A stretch of 64,000 bases of DNA, taken from positions 1,113-65,112 of the IMG/VR virus record IMGVR_UViG_3300023073_000004, one strand, 5' to 3'. This document shows, piece by piece, positions 51,672 through 62,405 of this stretch (position 1 is the first letter of the stretch; every line of letters starts with the position of its first letter). Under the pieces are notes generated by a model. It ran no database searches, was not told the DNA's origin, and saw nothing but the letters and a program-made list of their open reading frames with translations. The DNA comes from a virus. The position numbers and the translations under genes were made by a program.

Positions 51672-54522
51672 CGGGATCGATTTCGTTGTCTCTGATCGCG
51701 TCTCGCCGACGATCAAGGCCAAGCTCAACGAGATCGCCAACGCGTCCGACAAGACGGCGGCCGCTCAGGCCCGCCAGGCCGCGTCCGCGATCCGAGCTGC
51801 GTCGTCCGCCGCTGCAGCTGCGGAGCGCTATGCCCAGGCCAACTACAAGACTTCCGCAGCGGCCAACGCCAACACCGTCTCCCACCTGAAGCTCGTTCAG
51901 GCGGAGCAGAAGACCGCGCAGGCCACGCTCGCCACGGCCACGGCGCAAGACAAGGCCGCTCTCTCGGCGCTCAAACTGGCCCAGGCGCGGGACAAGGCCG
52001 CAGCTTCGGCGGCCAAGCAGGCCGCCGCCGACAAGGCCGCTAGCCGGGCCCAGATGCTCGGTGGCATCGGCGCCGCAGTCGGCGGCGGAGTGGGCGGTAT
52101 CGGCGGAGCCATCAAAGGCGCCGCGCTGGGCAGCCTCGCGTCAGGCGACCCGTCGTCGATGGCGGCCGGAGGGATCGTACTCGCGGCCGGCGCCGGCATC
52201 AGCACGCTCGTCGAGTACGGCGACAAGTACGCGATGCTTCAGAACAGTCTGAAGAACGTCACGGGCAGCCTCGAAACCACGGGCTCGCTCATGGTGCGCC
52301 TGAACGAGATCGCGAGCGCGACCAAGGCGCCGCTCGACGCGGTGGCTGAAGGCTACGGCCGTTTTTACCGAGCGCTACAGCCGCTCGGCAAGAGCCAAGA
52401 AGAGGTGCTGGCGTTCCAGCAAACGCTCAACACCATGCTGTTTCAGTATGGGAAGACCGGTTCGGAAGCGGCGAGTGCGACCCTCCAACTCACCCAAGCC
52501 ATGGGCAAGGGCAAGCTCGACGGCGACGAGTTCCGCTCGGTGATGGAGAACCTGCCCGAGCTCGGGACGGCCATCGCCAGAGAACTCGGCGTCATGAAGG
52601 GCGAGCTCCTGGAGCTGGCGCCGGCTGGCGCGATCACCGGCGAAGTCATCTACAACGCCATGATCCGGGCCAAGGAAGGCCTCGACAGTCTCCCGGAGCC
52701 AGCGGCCACGGTCGGCGGGGCGCTCACGCTTCTGGAGAACAGCGCGACACTCTTCTTCGGTGGACTGGAGAAGCAGCTCGGCATCGTGGCCGCGATGACC
52801 AGCGCTCTCACGAGCATGGCCGACGCCATGGGCTTTGCGGCTAAGAGTGCTCAAAACGCGGCGACGGCTGGCCTCGGTCTGAAGGACGCAGCGGACGTCC
52901 TGGAGCACTTCAAGGTGCCCGAGGAGTTCCAGCTCAACGACGAGCTCCTGACCGCGGCCGACCGGCTCGCCAAGGCCTACCGAGACCAGGACGATTTCAA
53001 CAAGAACGCCAGTCGCGGCAACATCGCTCAGCGCACGCAGGCGCTCGAGATCGCCAAGGCCGAATCGGTCGAGCTCTACAACCAGGTCAACGCCATCCAG
53101 GATCGCCTGAAGAGCGAGGCGCAGCTTGCCCAGCATCAGCGCGAAGCGGCCGACAAGTCAGCACGCGACGAGGCCAGCAAGAAACCGAAAGGCGGCGGCG
53201 GACCGAATGCCGCAGCCCTGGCCGAGAAGAAGTACCAGGCCGAGCTCCTCCAGCTCCGCAAGGAATACGTCGCGGTCGGCATCAAGGACTACGAAAGCGG
53301 CATCCGCGCGCAGGGCGTCGAGCTTTCGAAGGCGCAGCTGGCCGCCGAAAAGGACATCGCCTCCGAGCTCGGTCGACAGTTCGACCAGCAGCAGGCCCTG
53401 AACGATGCGCAGGCCGAGCACGTCATGCGGGCCGAGTATCTGGCGGACCTGCACAAGGCCATCGCCGAATCGGTCAAGCAGGCCGCCGATACGCCGCCCA
53501 TCGGCTTTGCGAACGACAACACGTCCCCGACGGGCATCTCCTCCCTTGAGGAAGCCCGCCTAGACGAGCAAACCGGCGTTGCCGCAAACATGCGCACCCG
53601 GGATCGCTTCCTAGGCGAATCCGGCAAGGGCAACGCCATGGGCGAGGACTTCTATGCCCCGTCCGGTCAGCTCATCGACCTCGACAAGGCCCGCAAAGAG
53701 CGCACCGAGGCGAACAAGAAGACCCCCGACAACGACCCGTATCTCGCCAAAAAGGACCTCGACAAGCGCACCGAGCAGCTCGGCGATTACGGCACCGACT
53801 TCGAGTTTCAGGCCCAGGCGCGCGAGGATCTCTACAAGCGCATCGAGGAGCTACAGCAGAAAAGCCTGCTGAACGAGCAAGAGGTCGCCAATGCGCGCAT
53901 GCGCATCTGGAAGGAAGAGCAGGACAGCAAGCTCAACCTCGCGACGAGCTTCTTCTCCAACTTCGAAGGCCTCATGGCCTCGAAGAACAAGGAGATGTTC
54001 GCGATCGGCCAAGCCGCCGCCATCGCCAACGCGACGATCAACACCTACCAGGCAGCAACGGCTGCCTACGCGTCGCTCGCTGGCATTCCCTTCGTCGGCC
54101 CCGCGCTCGGTGCTGCGGCCGCTGCTGGCGCCATCGCTTCAGGCCTGGCCAACGTGGCCAACATCGCCGCCCAGCAGCCCGCGGGGTTCAAAGAAGGCGG
54201 CTACACCGGGAACATCCCCGCCAACGACGTCGCGGGCGTGGTCCACGGCCGGGAATACGTCATGGATGCGGCCACGACCTCGCGGCTCGGGCGGCACAAC
54301 CTGGACGCGCTCCGGTCGGGTGATGCGCAGCTGTCGAGTGGCCAGGGCGGCGGGAACCAGGGCGGATCCGGCGGCGCCCAACCCATCGTCAACGTCGCGA
54401 TCTTCGGCAGCGCTCAGGACGCCAAAACCTGGCTCCAAAGCAGGGACGGCGCCCGCGTGCTCGTGGACGTCATCGGTCAGAACGCCGTGTCCGTGAAGAA
54501 CCGACTCAAGGCAGCGGGCTGA
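51664..54522 (+). CDS. Tape measure protein
   Basis: 952 aa Ala-rich; QLTQAMGKGKLDGDEFRSVMEN tape-measure domain; GGYTG...AGVVHGREYV C-terminal motif. Confidence 0.95.
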   Translation: MADGIDFVVSDRVSPTIKAKLNEIANASDKTAAAQARQAASAIRAASSAAAAAERYAQANYKTSAAANANTVSHLKLVQAEQKTAQATLATATAQDKAALSALKLAQARDKAAASAAKQAAADKAASRAQMLGGIGAAVGGGVGGIGGAIKGAALGSLASGDPSSMAAGGIVLAAGAGISTLVEYGDKYAMLQNSLKNVTGSLETTGSLMVRLNEIASATKAPLDAVAEGYGRFYRALQPLGKSQEEVLAFQQTLNTMLFQYGKTGSEAASATLQLTQAMGKGKLDGDEFRSVMENLPELGTAIARELGVMKGELLELAPAGAITGEVIYNAMIRAKEGLDSLPEPAATVGGALTLLENSATLFFGGLEKQLGIVAAMTSALTSMADAMGFAAKSAQNAATAGLGLKDAADVLEHFKVPEEFQLNDELLTAADRLAKAYRDQDDFNKNASRGNIAQRTQALEIAKAESVELYNQVNAIQDRLKSEAQLAQHQREAADKSARDEASKKPKGGGGPNAAALAEKKYQAELLQLRKEYVAVGIKDYESGIRAQGVELSKAQLAAEKDIASELGRQFDQQQALNDAQAEHVMRAEYLADLHKAIAESVKQAADTPPIGFANDNTSPTGISSLEEARLDEQTGVAANMRTRDRFLGESGKGNAMGEDFYAPSGQLIDLDKARKERTEANKKTPDNDPYLAKKDLDKRTEQLGDYGTDFEFQAQAREDLYKRIEELQQKSLLNEQEVANARMRIWKEEQDSKLNLATSFFSNFEGLMASKNKEMFAIGQAAAIANATINTYQAATAAYASLAGIPFVGPALGAAAAAGAIASGLANVANIAAQQPAGFKEGGYTGNIPANDVAGVVHGREYVMDAATTSRLGRHNLDALRSGDAQLSSGQGGGNQGGSGGAQPIVNVAIFGSAQDAKTWLQSRDGARVLVDVIGQNAVSVKNRLKAAG

Positions 54523-54544
54523 CGCGCGCCGTCTCCCCTGACCC

Positions 54545-57343
54545 ATGCCCCGCCGACTCATCAGCCAGCCCGTCGAAAAGGGCGCGACGGAGACGTGGGC
54601 CTGGAAAACCGACGTCCTCTCGTCGGTCATCGGCACCGAGCAGCGCATCAGCCTCCGCGAATACCCGGACGAGACGCTCTCGCTGAAGGTCGCGTTCGGT
54701 GACGACGGCCAGGACGTCTTCGAGGCCGAGGTCTTCCTCTCTGGCCAAGACGCCATCGTCCGGAACCTGACCGACAACATCCTCGCCGAGGGCGAAGTCG
54801 AGGTCCCGCTTTGGTGGCTTTCCGAGTACCGAATCGGTGGCCATTGGAACAGCGGCACGCAGACCGCGACGCTCATCCTCAGCGAGCACACGCCGTTCTT
54901 CGCTGCCGTCGGCGAGGACATCCTGGTCAGGAACGAGACCACGGGCACCTGGCTCCGCGCTGAGGTCACCGCCCGCACCCTCGCCTCCTTCAGCTACGAC
55001 ATCGACTTCGGGTCGAACACCGGCTGGGCCTTCGGGGCCATCGACCTGGTGGCGCCACTCCGGACGGGCCTCGCCAAAGACGGCGCCTCGATGTCCTTCG
55101 AGCGCGCGGCTCCCGTCGAGTCCACGTCGCTCTCGGTGCTGCTCGACCGGTCCCAGGGTCGCACGAGCCTCGCCAACGGCGTCACGCTGAACGTCGACAC
55201 CCCCGGCGGTTACCCGCTGGTCGAGCCCCGCGGCATCATCGACGGCCTGGAGCTCGGCATTGACCCGGGCCTCGAGACCATCGAGTCCCCGACGGGCTTC
55301 CCGTACGCGGTCACCCACTGGACCGAGGCCAAGTTCAAGCTCGACTACCGGGACAGCTTCAACCCCTGGCGGCAGGGCGAGCGCTTCGCCTACTGGCGGA
55401 CGTTCCTCGCCACCGTGCGGGGCTCCCAGGGCGTCTTCTGGCTCCCGACCCGGCGCGGCGAGTTCACGGTCCTGGCAGCGGACAACGACGCCCAGAACAT
55501 CACGCTCCAAGGCCGGCAATACTACGACCTCTGGTCCAGCTCGACCCTCAAAGCGCTCTGCCTGGACGGCGGGGGCGACTTGCTCGTGGTCCGCCAGGTC
55601 ACGGGCGTCGAGCTGTCGGGCGACGACACCGTCCTCGAGTTCGGCGACGACTGGTTCGATGAGCCGGTCCTGCAGTGCTCGCTGGTCTTTCCCGTCCGCC
55701 TCGACGGCGACACGGTCAGCTGGGACCACGGCGACCAGAGCGCCATCAAGTTCAACGTCGTCTCGGTCGTCTACGACTACCCCTTCGACGAGGAGCCGGT
55801 CGACTGGGATGGCCTCTTGGCCAACTACGACGCCAGCGGGACTACGGACGGCGTCTCCGGCGAGATTGGCGGCACGGTCTCCGCGCTCGGGACGGGCAAC
55901 GTGCAGGTGCCGGTCAATGGCCTTCGGGCCTTGGCCTTCGAGGACGTCACCTTTGACCCGACGCTGGGCGGGACGCTGACGGTCCACGTTTGGGCTGACA
56001 CGCTGCTCGCGCAATTCCGGGACGGGGACATTCCCGGGCCAGCGGACATGCAGGTCGATGGCCAGGGCGAGGTGCCCATGGTGGCCATCCTGCCCGGCGG
56101 ATCGCCGTCTATCCCGCTGAAGCCCCTCGGCACGGCGCGCTACATCAGGGCGCACGCTGGTCCGCCGTTCACGGCGCTAGGGCCGAGCCGCGCCACCGCT
56201 CCGAGCAGGCAAGAGGACGGCTGGAGGGCGCTCTTTGCCGACGTCGGGTACTACGACCCGTATTGGGCTCCGTACGCGATCGGCTTCGACGACCGGAGCG
56301 GGAACGGGAACCATCTCCGGGCCGATGTCGCTCACATCGCCGGACGGGACGACGCCAGCTCGCGCTACGGCGTCTGGGATGGCCCCTTCGAATGCACGTT
56401 CGGATCCTCGCTTCCCGCGACGTCCAAGCTCGTGGTGGTCGTCGGGCAAGTCGACACTCTGCCCGATAGCTCCGAGGTCATTGTCCGACTGAACGCAGCC
56501 GAAGACTTCCGGGTCGTTCTGGAGTCGGATGGCGGCCTTCACCTAAACCGAGGCAGCGCGTCCGCTTCGATCGGCACGCTGGCTGGCGGCGACTGGTTCA
56601 TCCTGCTCGCAGTCTTCAACGCGTCCAGCTCCTCGATCCACCTGCTCAAGAACGACGAGACCACCTGGGCAAGCGGGACGGTCAACGACCACGGCGGCTC
56701 GTTTGATGCCGCGACAAGCGTGGTGCTCGGCTGGGAGAGCGAAAACCTCGCTCGGTACAACGCCTTTCTCGTTAGCGAAGTCCCCGCCGACATCACAGCC
56801 TACCGCAACGGCCTGGCCCGCTACTACGGCTTCAACACCCTCGAATCCGACACCGGCATCGCGCTCACGCCAGCGGACATCGACGGCTGGAAGGTCCTGC
56901 ACGACGGGACGACAGACTACGTGCTCTCGGTGGTGCTCCGTCTGAACGCCCTGGCGAAGACGACCAGCACGCTTTTGGAGGTCCTGAACGACGCCGAGAA
57001 CGGCGGCCTCCGCTGGACGTGGAACAAGGACGATAGCGAGCTGACGGTCACGTACATCGGTGTTGCGGGGACGTTCGCGGAGACGTTCGACCTCACGGCG
57101 TACGCGTCCGACAAGATGCTCGCGCAGCTGAAGTTCACCGCGGCAACGGGCGGTAGCGCCGCCCTCTACGTCAACGGCGACTCGCAAGGGACGTTCACGC
57201 CAACCGGCTTCACCTACTCCGCCGTGCAGCAAAACCCGCTTTTCATCGGCCGAGACCGCGGCTGGACGTTCTGCGAACTGGAGCTGCGGAGTGGGTCGAG
57301 CCTGAGCACGACGCTCGACGAGCAGTGGGACGTCGATGTCTGA
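54545..57343 (+). CDS. Distal tail-like protein with C-terminal lectin/LamG-like extensions
   Basis: N-terminal ETWAWKTDVL..GTEQRISLR pattern after the tape measure; long beta-rich extension. Confidence 0.65.
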   Translation: MPRRLISQPVEKGATETWAWKTDVLSSVIGTEQRISLREYPDETLSLKVAFGDDGQDVFEAEVFLSGQDAIVRNLTDNILAEGEVEVPLWWLSEYRIGGHWNSGTQTATLILSEHTPFFAAVGEDILVRNETTGTWLRAEVTARTLASFSYDIDFGSNTGWAFGAIDLVAPLRTGLAKDGASMSFERAAPVESTSLSVLLDRSQGRTSLANGVTLNVDTPGGYPLVEPRGIIDGLELGIDPGLETIESPTGFPYAVTHWTEAKFKLDYRDSFNPWRQGERFAYWRTFLATVRGSQGVFWLPTRRGEFTVLAADNDAQNITLQGRQYYDLWSSSTLKALCLDGGGDLLVVRQVTGVELSGDDTVLEFGDDWFDEPVLQCSLVFPVRLDGDTVSWDHGDQSAIKFNVVSVVYDYPFDEEPVDWDGLLANYDASGTTDGVSGEIGGTVSALGTGNVQVPVNGLRALAFEDVTFDPTLGGTLTVHVWADTLLAQFRDGDIPGPADMQVDGQGEVPMVAILPGGSPSIPLKPLGTARYIRAHAGPPFTALGPSRATAPSRQEDGWRALFADVGYYDPYWAPYAIGFDDRSGNGNHLRADVAHIAGRDDASSRYGVWDGPFECTFGSSLPATSKLVVVVGQVDTLPDSSEVIVRLNAAEDFRVVLESDGGLHLNRGSASASIGTLAGGDWFILLAVFNASSSSIHLLKNDETTWASGTVNDHGGSFDAATSVVLGWESENLARYNAFLVSEVPADITAYRNGLARYYGFNTLESDTGIALTPADIDGWKVLHDGTTDYVLSVVLRLNALAKTTSTLLEVLNDAENGGLRWTWNKDDSELTVTYIGVAGTFAETFDLTAYASDKMLAQLKFTAATGGSAALYVNGDSQGTFTPTGFTYSAVQQNPLFIGRDRGWTFCELELRSGSSLSTTLDEQWDVDV

Positions 57344-58223
57344 GTACAACTCTCAAAGCCGCCCCGTCGAGTGCTACAAGTTCACGATCTCGGGGTACGA
57401 TCCGATGTTTTACACGTCGGACGAGGACGCGTTCACGGGGAGCAGCGAGGAGTACCTGCCGCTGAAGGGGCTCTCGCGCTCCGAGTGGGCCATCGTCCCC
57501 TACGGCGAAGACACGGCAGACCTGACCATCACGGTTACCGCGCAGTCCGACATCGCCAAGCGTTGCGGGCTCGCCAAAACGCCCCAAGAGGTCCGGGTCC
57601 GATTGCGCCGCTACCAGCGCGGCGTCCCGTCGACACCGGTGATGGCGCTCGAGCGAGTGATGGATAGCGCGACGGTCAAGGGCGACCGTTGCGAGCTGCA
57701 CTTCGCCGATGTTTTCACATCCGGCCTGGCGGTCGTCATCCCGAAGAACAAGGTCCAGCCGACGTGCAGCTGGCAGCTCGGGGACTCCAACTGCGGCAAG
57801 GATGTGAGCGGTCTCGGGCTGAACGTCGTCTCGATCGCCGAGGTTTTCGCGAACCAGCGCATCATGGCGGGCCAGTACGTCATTGATGGCACCTGGATCG
57901 ACGACGTCCAGCAAGGTGTAGTCGACATGACGGGCGGGGTCATCACGGGCGTCAATGACGACGTCACCCAGAACAAGACCGTCTACGAGATCCACGAGTA
58001 CCAGTACTCGAACAACAGCTTCCGAGCGCGGGTCGTGCTCCCTACCTCATTCGACATCCCGCTCGCCGGCACGACGTTCACCATGCGGCCGGGCTGCGAC
58101 AACAGCTACGCGCGGTGTGCGCGCCTCGAAAACACGTCGCGTTTTGGCGCGTTTCCTTGGGTGCCGACTGAGCGCAACAACCCCTTCCAGATCCGCCTCG
58201 ACAAGAAGAGGAAGGTGTCTTGA
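57336..58223 (+). CDS. Baseplate hub / BR0599-DUF2163-like tail protein
   Basis: PVECYKF, QPTCSWQLGDSNCG, PGCDNSYARC...NTSRFGAFPWVP. Confidence 0.85.
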   Translation: MSEYNSQSRPVECYKFTISGYDPMFYTSDEDAFTGSSEEYLPLKGLSRSEWAIVPYGEDTADLTITVTAQSDIAKRCGLAKTPQEVRVRLRRYQRGVPSTPVMALERVMDSATVKGDRCELHFADVFTSGLAVVIPKNKVQPTCSWQLGDSNCGKDVSGLGLNVVSIAEVFANQRIMAGQYVIDGTWIDDVQQGVVDMTGGVITGVNDDVTQNKTVYEIHEYQYSNNSFRARVVLPTSFDIPLAGTTFTMRPGCDNSYARCARLENTSRFGAFPWVPTERNNPFQIRLDKKRKVS

Positions 58224-61200
58224 CGTCTCAGTCGACGGCGGACGCCATCGATCGCGCCGGGTCGGACGAGGACACGACCGAGTTTTCCGGACCTCGCGCG
58301 AAATACGGCGACCCGATCCCGTTCATCTTCGGAACGCTCGAGCAGCGCTCGCCAATCTGCATCTGGGCCGGAGACGTCACCCAAGGCAACCCGTTCCCCA
58401 ACACCCAGAGCTACGTCCTCTCGACCGAGCTATCCGGCGGCGGCACGCTCATCGAAGGATCCGAGGCGAAGCAGTTCTGGTCCTCGCTCGACCTGCTCCT
58501 TTGCGAGCGAGTGCTGGTCGACGGGGCTGAGCATGGGTTCATTCGCCTCCGGAAGATTTGGTACGACGGCAAGGTCCTGTGGGATGGCACCGGTCCCGCG
58601 TTTACGACGCCGGTCACGACCTCTGGGGATCTGCTGCGTAGCGACCCCAACGGCGACAACGCGGATCCGTCCGACCCGAAGCCAGGCGGGTCCTACCCGA
58701 ACAACTGGTGGTGGGGCGGAGTCGTCAAGGAAGGCCCGCCCTATCAGTCTGGAGTCGACGCGAATGGCATCGGCGCCGGCGTCCTGAACGGCTGGTGGAC
58801 GAAGGAACACTCGGGCGTCTGGGCTCAGTACCTCGGCCTGGAGAAGATTTTCTTTCGCGCGGGCAACGGCGCAGAGGCGCCGGACGAGTTCATTGGTTTC
58901 TACGAGTTTGGGCCCGACTGGAACACGGCATTCGAGTACGTCTACCCGAGCTATCACAAGTTCGCGCGCCTGAGCTTCAACGAGTTCTGCTGGGGCGACG
59001 AGCCGAAGATCGCTGACGTCTCGGTCGAGGTCACGGTCAGCTGCCCGGCCCCTGCGATTGGTGACGACGCGGGCATCATGCCCAATGGGCTCGACGTCAA
59101 CCCGGTCTCGCTGCTCTACACGCTGCTCACGCACCCGGATTTTTGCGGCGGGCCAAAGCTGCCCGCCGTCGACACGGACTCATTCTCGGCAGCTCGTCAG
59201 GTCATCTACGACGAGGAGCTGGGCGCATCCTACCGCCTCGAAAAGGCGGACAAGGCCGGTGAACTCGTCAAGCAGATCCTCGACCACATCGAGGGGCTCC
59301 TGCTCATCGACCCGGCAACCGGGCTTCTCCGTCTCACCCTGATCCGCAAGGCGAGCGGTGTGTTGCCGCGCTTCAACCAGTCGCACGTCCTGGGCAGTGG
59401 GCTGGAGGAGCTCTCGAAAACGACCTGGGCCGCGACCGCTTCGCAGTGCCGGGTCAAGTTCGAGATGCGCAACGGTTCCGGCGATGGCGAGGGCGCGGAC
59501 AACGTAGCGACGGCCAAAGACCCGGGCCTCTCGCTCGACAACGGGCTGGTCGAGACGATCGAGCGAGAGATGCCCACGATCTACGAGTCGACCGTGGCCA
59601 GCAAAGTCGCGCATCGGCTGCTGAGCGAGGCCAACACCCCGCGCTACAAGGCCGTCATCCCGATGAACCGGGAGCGGGGCGATGGCGGGACCGGACCAAG
59701 CATCATCGAACTTGCGCCGAGCGATGTCATCGCCTTTGACTACTCGCCGCTCGAGCTGACTGATCTCTACCTGCGAATCAAGAAGCTCAGCCTCGGCACG
59801 CTAGAGAGCAACGCCGTCACGGTCACGACCGAGCAGGACCTCTATCAGGCTGAAGCGGTCTTCGCGCCGCCGCCTCAGCCCGACAACTACACGGTCATCC
59901 CGCCGCCAGAAGAAGTGACGATCAGCACGGTCGCGCTCATCACGGCGCCCTACCTCATTGCCAAGGCAGGCATCGCGGGCGACGCGCGCAAGCAGCTCAC
60001 GACCCGCATCAGCCCGCGCTTCAAAGACGGCGAAGCGAACACTGGAGACGAGCCACGAGCCGTCAACTACGACCGCTTCTTCGTCATGGCGCGCCGCCCC
60101 TACGATGGTGCCGCGTCCTTCGAGTGGTCGCTCCGCTACGGCGACAGCTACGGCGGCGCCCACGTCATGACCAAGGCGGTTCCCTACACGCCTTGCGCGC
60201 TCGCGGACGGCGACCAGACGCTTCTCCCGTTCAACTCGCTCGACATCAAGGACATGGATCCGGAGGTCGTCGGCCTCATTCGGGACACCATCGATCTCGC
60301 CCGGGACGGCAGCGGCGTCGTCTACATCGCGGGCAACTGGTTCGTCGTCGACAGCTTCACGCCGGACGAAGAGGACCCGACCAAGGGCACGATCGGTTTC
60401 ACCCACCCGACGCTTGACACCGAGGTCACGCAGGGCGCGGGCATTGAGGTCGGCGACGGAGCCGCGATCTTCTTCTGCGACCTCTCCTCGCAGGACTGGA
60501 TGCTCGCCCGTTGCGGCCCGCTCCTCGCGTCGAACGACGTCTGGCGCTTGCGATACTCTAGCCTGGTCGGCGACGAAATCTCGGCCGGGCAGTCGCCCAA
60601 CCATCGCTGGTATCAGGAGCCCTACGGCTCTGGCTCATCGACTCCGTACGAGCGCTTCGTTTCCACCGTCCGGAACATCGACTCGGGCAAGATCAACCTC
60701 GTCACGAGCGCGAATGCCGCGCTGGAGGACCGGGCCAACGCTCTGCTCCCGCCGCTGCGGTTCCAGGCCGTTCAGGTCGACCCGGGCGACTTCACGCCGC
60801 TCGACGACACCGACAACTTCCCGGTCATCAACGTCGACGAGGGCGCGACCTCGTTTGCCATTCGCCTCGGTCCGAGCACCGTCGACCCGGACGAATACTC
60901 GATCTTCAACCCGCGCGAGTCGGACGGGTCCTTCGTCGAGCCACGCGTTCAGACGAACGAGAGGGCGGCCGATCTCAGCACCAACTTCGCGGAGTTCGTC
61001 CAGTCCGAATCGAGCGACGTCGACGATCGGCGCGCGAATCTCGAGGTCTGGTACACCTACCCCTCGGCCAGCCCGGAGGGCGACGATCTCAGGTATGCGA
61101 CAGTCGACGCGTCGCGAAACGTAGTCCTCGAGTGCGCCGGCAGCGGCACAACCGATTCCGTCACGCTCTACGCCAGGCAGGTTCTCTGGGGCGATCGCAC

Positions 61201-61960
61201 AGAGGAAAACAATGACTCGGACGTGCCGGTCCGCGCGTCCGTCCCGCGCATCGTCACCTACCCATTCAACCGAGCAGGCTTCGACCCCGGCAACGTCCCC
61301 AACTGGATCTACTACTTCGACCTCGACCACAACGTCACGATCACCTCGTCGATTTCGGTCGGCTCTCGCTTCGGGTCTGACCTCTCGCTCACGTACTCGG
61401 GTGCTGGCGCGGGCGCTTTCGAGGCCACGGGCATAAACGGCCGCGGCGCATTCCTGCCGCCCAGCGTTGGGGCGATGGTTCTTAGCGGATCGACAGCGTC
61501 CTTTACGCAGGCGCAGCCATGGACCGAGGTCATTGTCGGGCGCTGGTACGACAACGGCATCACCTACGGGTTCATCTTGCACAGCTCCAATGCGCTGGGC
61601 ATGTACGGGGAGCCTACCGTCGGGATCTCGCAATGGGCCGGCACGGTGCGCTCACATTTCACCGTGGCCGGGGCTGGCTACACCGATCTCCCGTTCGTCG
61701 CGATCGCCGTCATGGACGGCGCGTCCAGCTACATCCGCACCCGTACACACGGGAAGGCTGACGCCACCTACAGCGTCGGAGGCACGGTGGGCTCAGGATC
61801 ACTCGCGGGCACCAAGCGCTGGGGCGGTTCCGCGACGAGCGCGCAGCATTGGACCAAGCACCTTGCCACCGAGGGCGTTGTCTCCGGCGTCATGTCGACA
61901 CCCGACCAGGACTACCTGCTCAACGGCCTGGCCAACTACTACGGCATCGTGCCGCTCTAA
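58220..61960 (+). CDS. Tail tip / host-specificity protein
   Basis: 1246 aa; KYGDPIPFIFG, NPVSLLYTLLT and Phage-tail_3-like region; C-terminal LamG-like module; TTG start overlapping the upstream stop. Confidence 0.85.
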   Translation: MTSQSTADAIDRAGSDEDTTEFSGPRAKYGDPIPFIFGTLEQRSPICIWAGDVTQGNPFPNTQSYVLSTELSGGGTLIEGSEAKQFWSSLDLLLCERVLVDGAEHGFIRLRKIWYDGKVLWDGTGPAFTTPVTTSGDLLRSDPNGDNADPSDPKPGGSYPNNWWWGGVVKEGPPYQSGVDANGIGAGVLNGWWTKEHSGVWAQYLGLEKIFFRAGNGAEAPDEFIGFYEFGPDWNTAFEYVYPSYHKFARLSFNEFCWGDEPKIADVSVEVTVSCPAPAIGDDAGIMPNGLDVNPVSLLYTLLTHPDFCGGPKLPAVDTDSFSAARQVIYDEELGASYRLEKADKAGELVKQILDHIEGLLLIDPATGLLRLTLIRKASGVLPRFNQSHVLGSGLEELSKTTWAATASQCRVKFEMRNGSGDGEGADNVATAKDPGLSLDNGLVETIEREMPTIYESTVASKVAHRLLSEANTPRYKAVIPMNRERGDGGTGPSIIELAPSDVIAFDYSPLELTDLYLRIKKLSLGTLESNAVTVTTEQDLYQAEAVFAPPPQPDNYTVIPPPEEVTISTVALITAPYLIAKAGIAGDARKQLTTRISPRFKDGEANTGDEPRAVNYDRFFVMARRPYDGAASFEWSLRYGDSYGGAHVMTKAVPYTPCALADGDQTLLPFNSLDIKDMDPEVVGLIRDTIDLARDGSGVVYIAGNWFVVDSFTPDEEDPTKGTIGFTHPTLDTEVTQGAGIEVGDGAAIFFCDLSSQDWMLARCGPLLASNDVWRLRYSSLVGDEISAGQSPNHRWYQEPYGSGSSTPYERFVSTVRNIDSGKINLVTSANAALEDRANALLPPLRFQAVQVDPGDFTPLDDTDNFPVINVDEGATSFAIRLGPSTVDPDEYSIFNPRESDGSFVEPRVQTNERAADLSTNFAEFVQSESSDVDDRRANLEVWYTYPSASPEGDDLRYATVDASRNVVLECAGSGTTDSVTLYARQVLWGDRTEENNDSDVPVRASVPRIVTYPFNRAGFDPGNVPNWIYYFDLDHNVTITSSISVGSRFGSDLSLTYSGAGAGAFEATGINGRGAFLPPSVGAMVLSGSTASFTQAQPWTEVIVGRWYDNGITYGFILHSSNALGMYGEPTVGISQWAGTVRSHFTVAGAGYTDLPFVAIAVMDGASSYIRTRTHGKADATYSVGGTVGSGSLAGTKRWGGSATSAQHWTKHLATEGVVSGVMSTPDQDYLLNGLANYYGIVPL

Positions 61961-62352
61961 TACTCGATCGGACAGGCAATCCGGTCGAGCGGGCATCGGG
62001 TGAACTCGCGCAGCGCCTCTTCGACGGCGTCGACGGTGGCGTCGGCGCCCACGTACAGGACTCGCCTGTCCCCCTCGGTGCCCGTTGTGGCGCGGTCCTC
62101 GCCGAGGCCAGTGAAGCCGCTGCTCTCAAGCGGAAACGCATTCTCGTCGTCAGTCTGCTCGGTCACTAAAACGACCTTCACGATCATGTCGGTCGGACTC
62201 GCCCGCTCCGCGTTGATTCGCCCCGCGGCCTCGGAGCAGCGGTCGGCGATGTACTGATACGCCGTCACGACCGTGCGCTCCTCGGGCGCGGTGTACGTCG
62301 GCCCACACCCACCCAGCAGGACGGCCACCAGCGCAACGGCAAGTTTCCACAT
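61957..62352 (-). CDS. Antisense-strand lipoprotein (possible superinfection exclusion)
   Basis: MWKLAVALVAVLLGG-C lipobox; convergent with the tail tip gene. Confidence 0.7.
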   Translation of the reverse strand: MWKLAVALVAVLLGGCGPTYTAPEERTVVTAYQYIADRCSEAAGRINAERASPTDMIVKVVLVTEQTDDENAFPLESSGFTGLGEDRATTGTEGDRRVLYVGADATVDAVEEALREFTRCPLDRIACPIEY

Positions 62353-62405
62353 GCTGGAAATGTGGGGCTGCGAACGCCAGGCGTCAACCGGCCACAGGAA
62401 AACCC

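Noticed and set aside
39234-56155. Long minus-strand ORFs (e.g. 39234-40511, 43340-45271, most of 48277-50301, 54506-56155)
   Set aside because: Antisense shadows of high-GC3 plus-strand genes; no RBS or motifs, and typical shadow-frame composition
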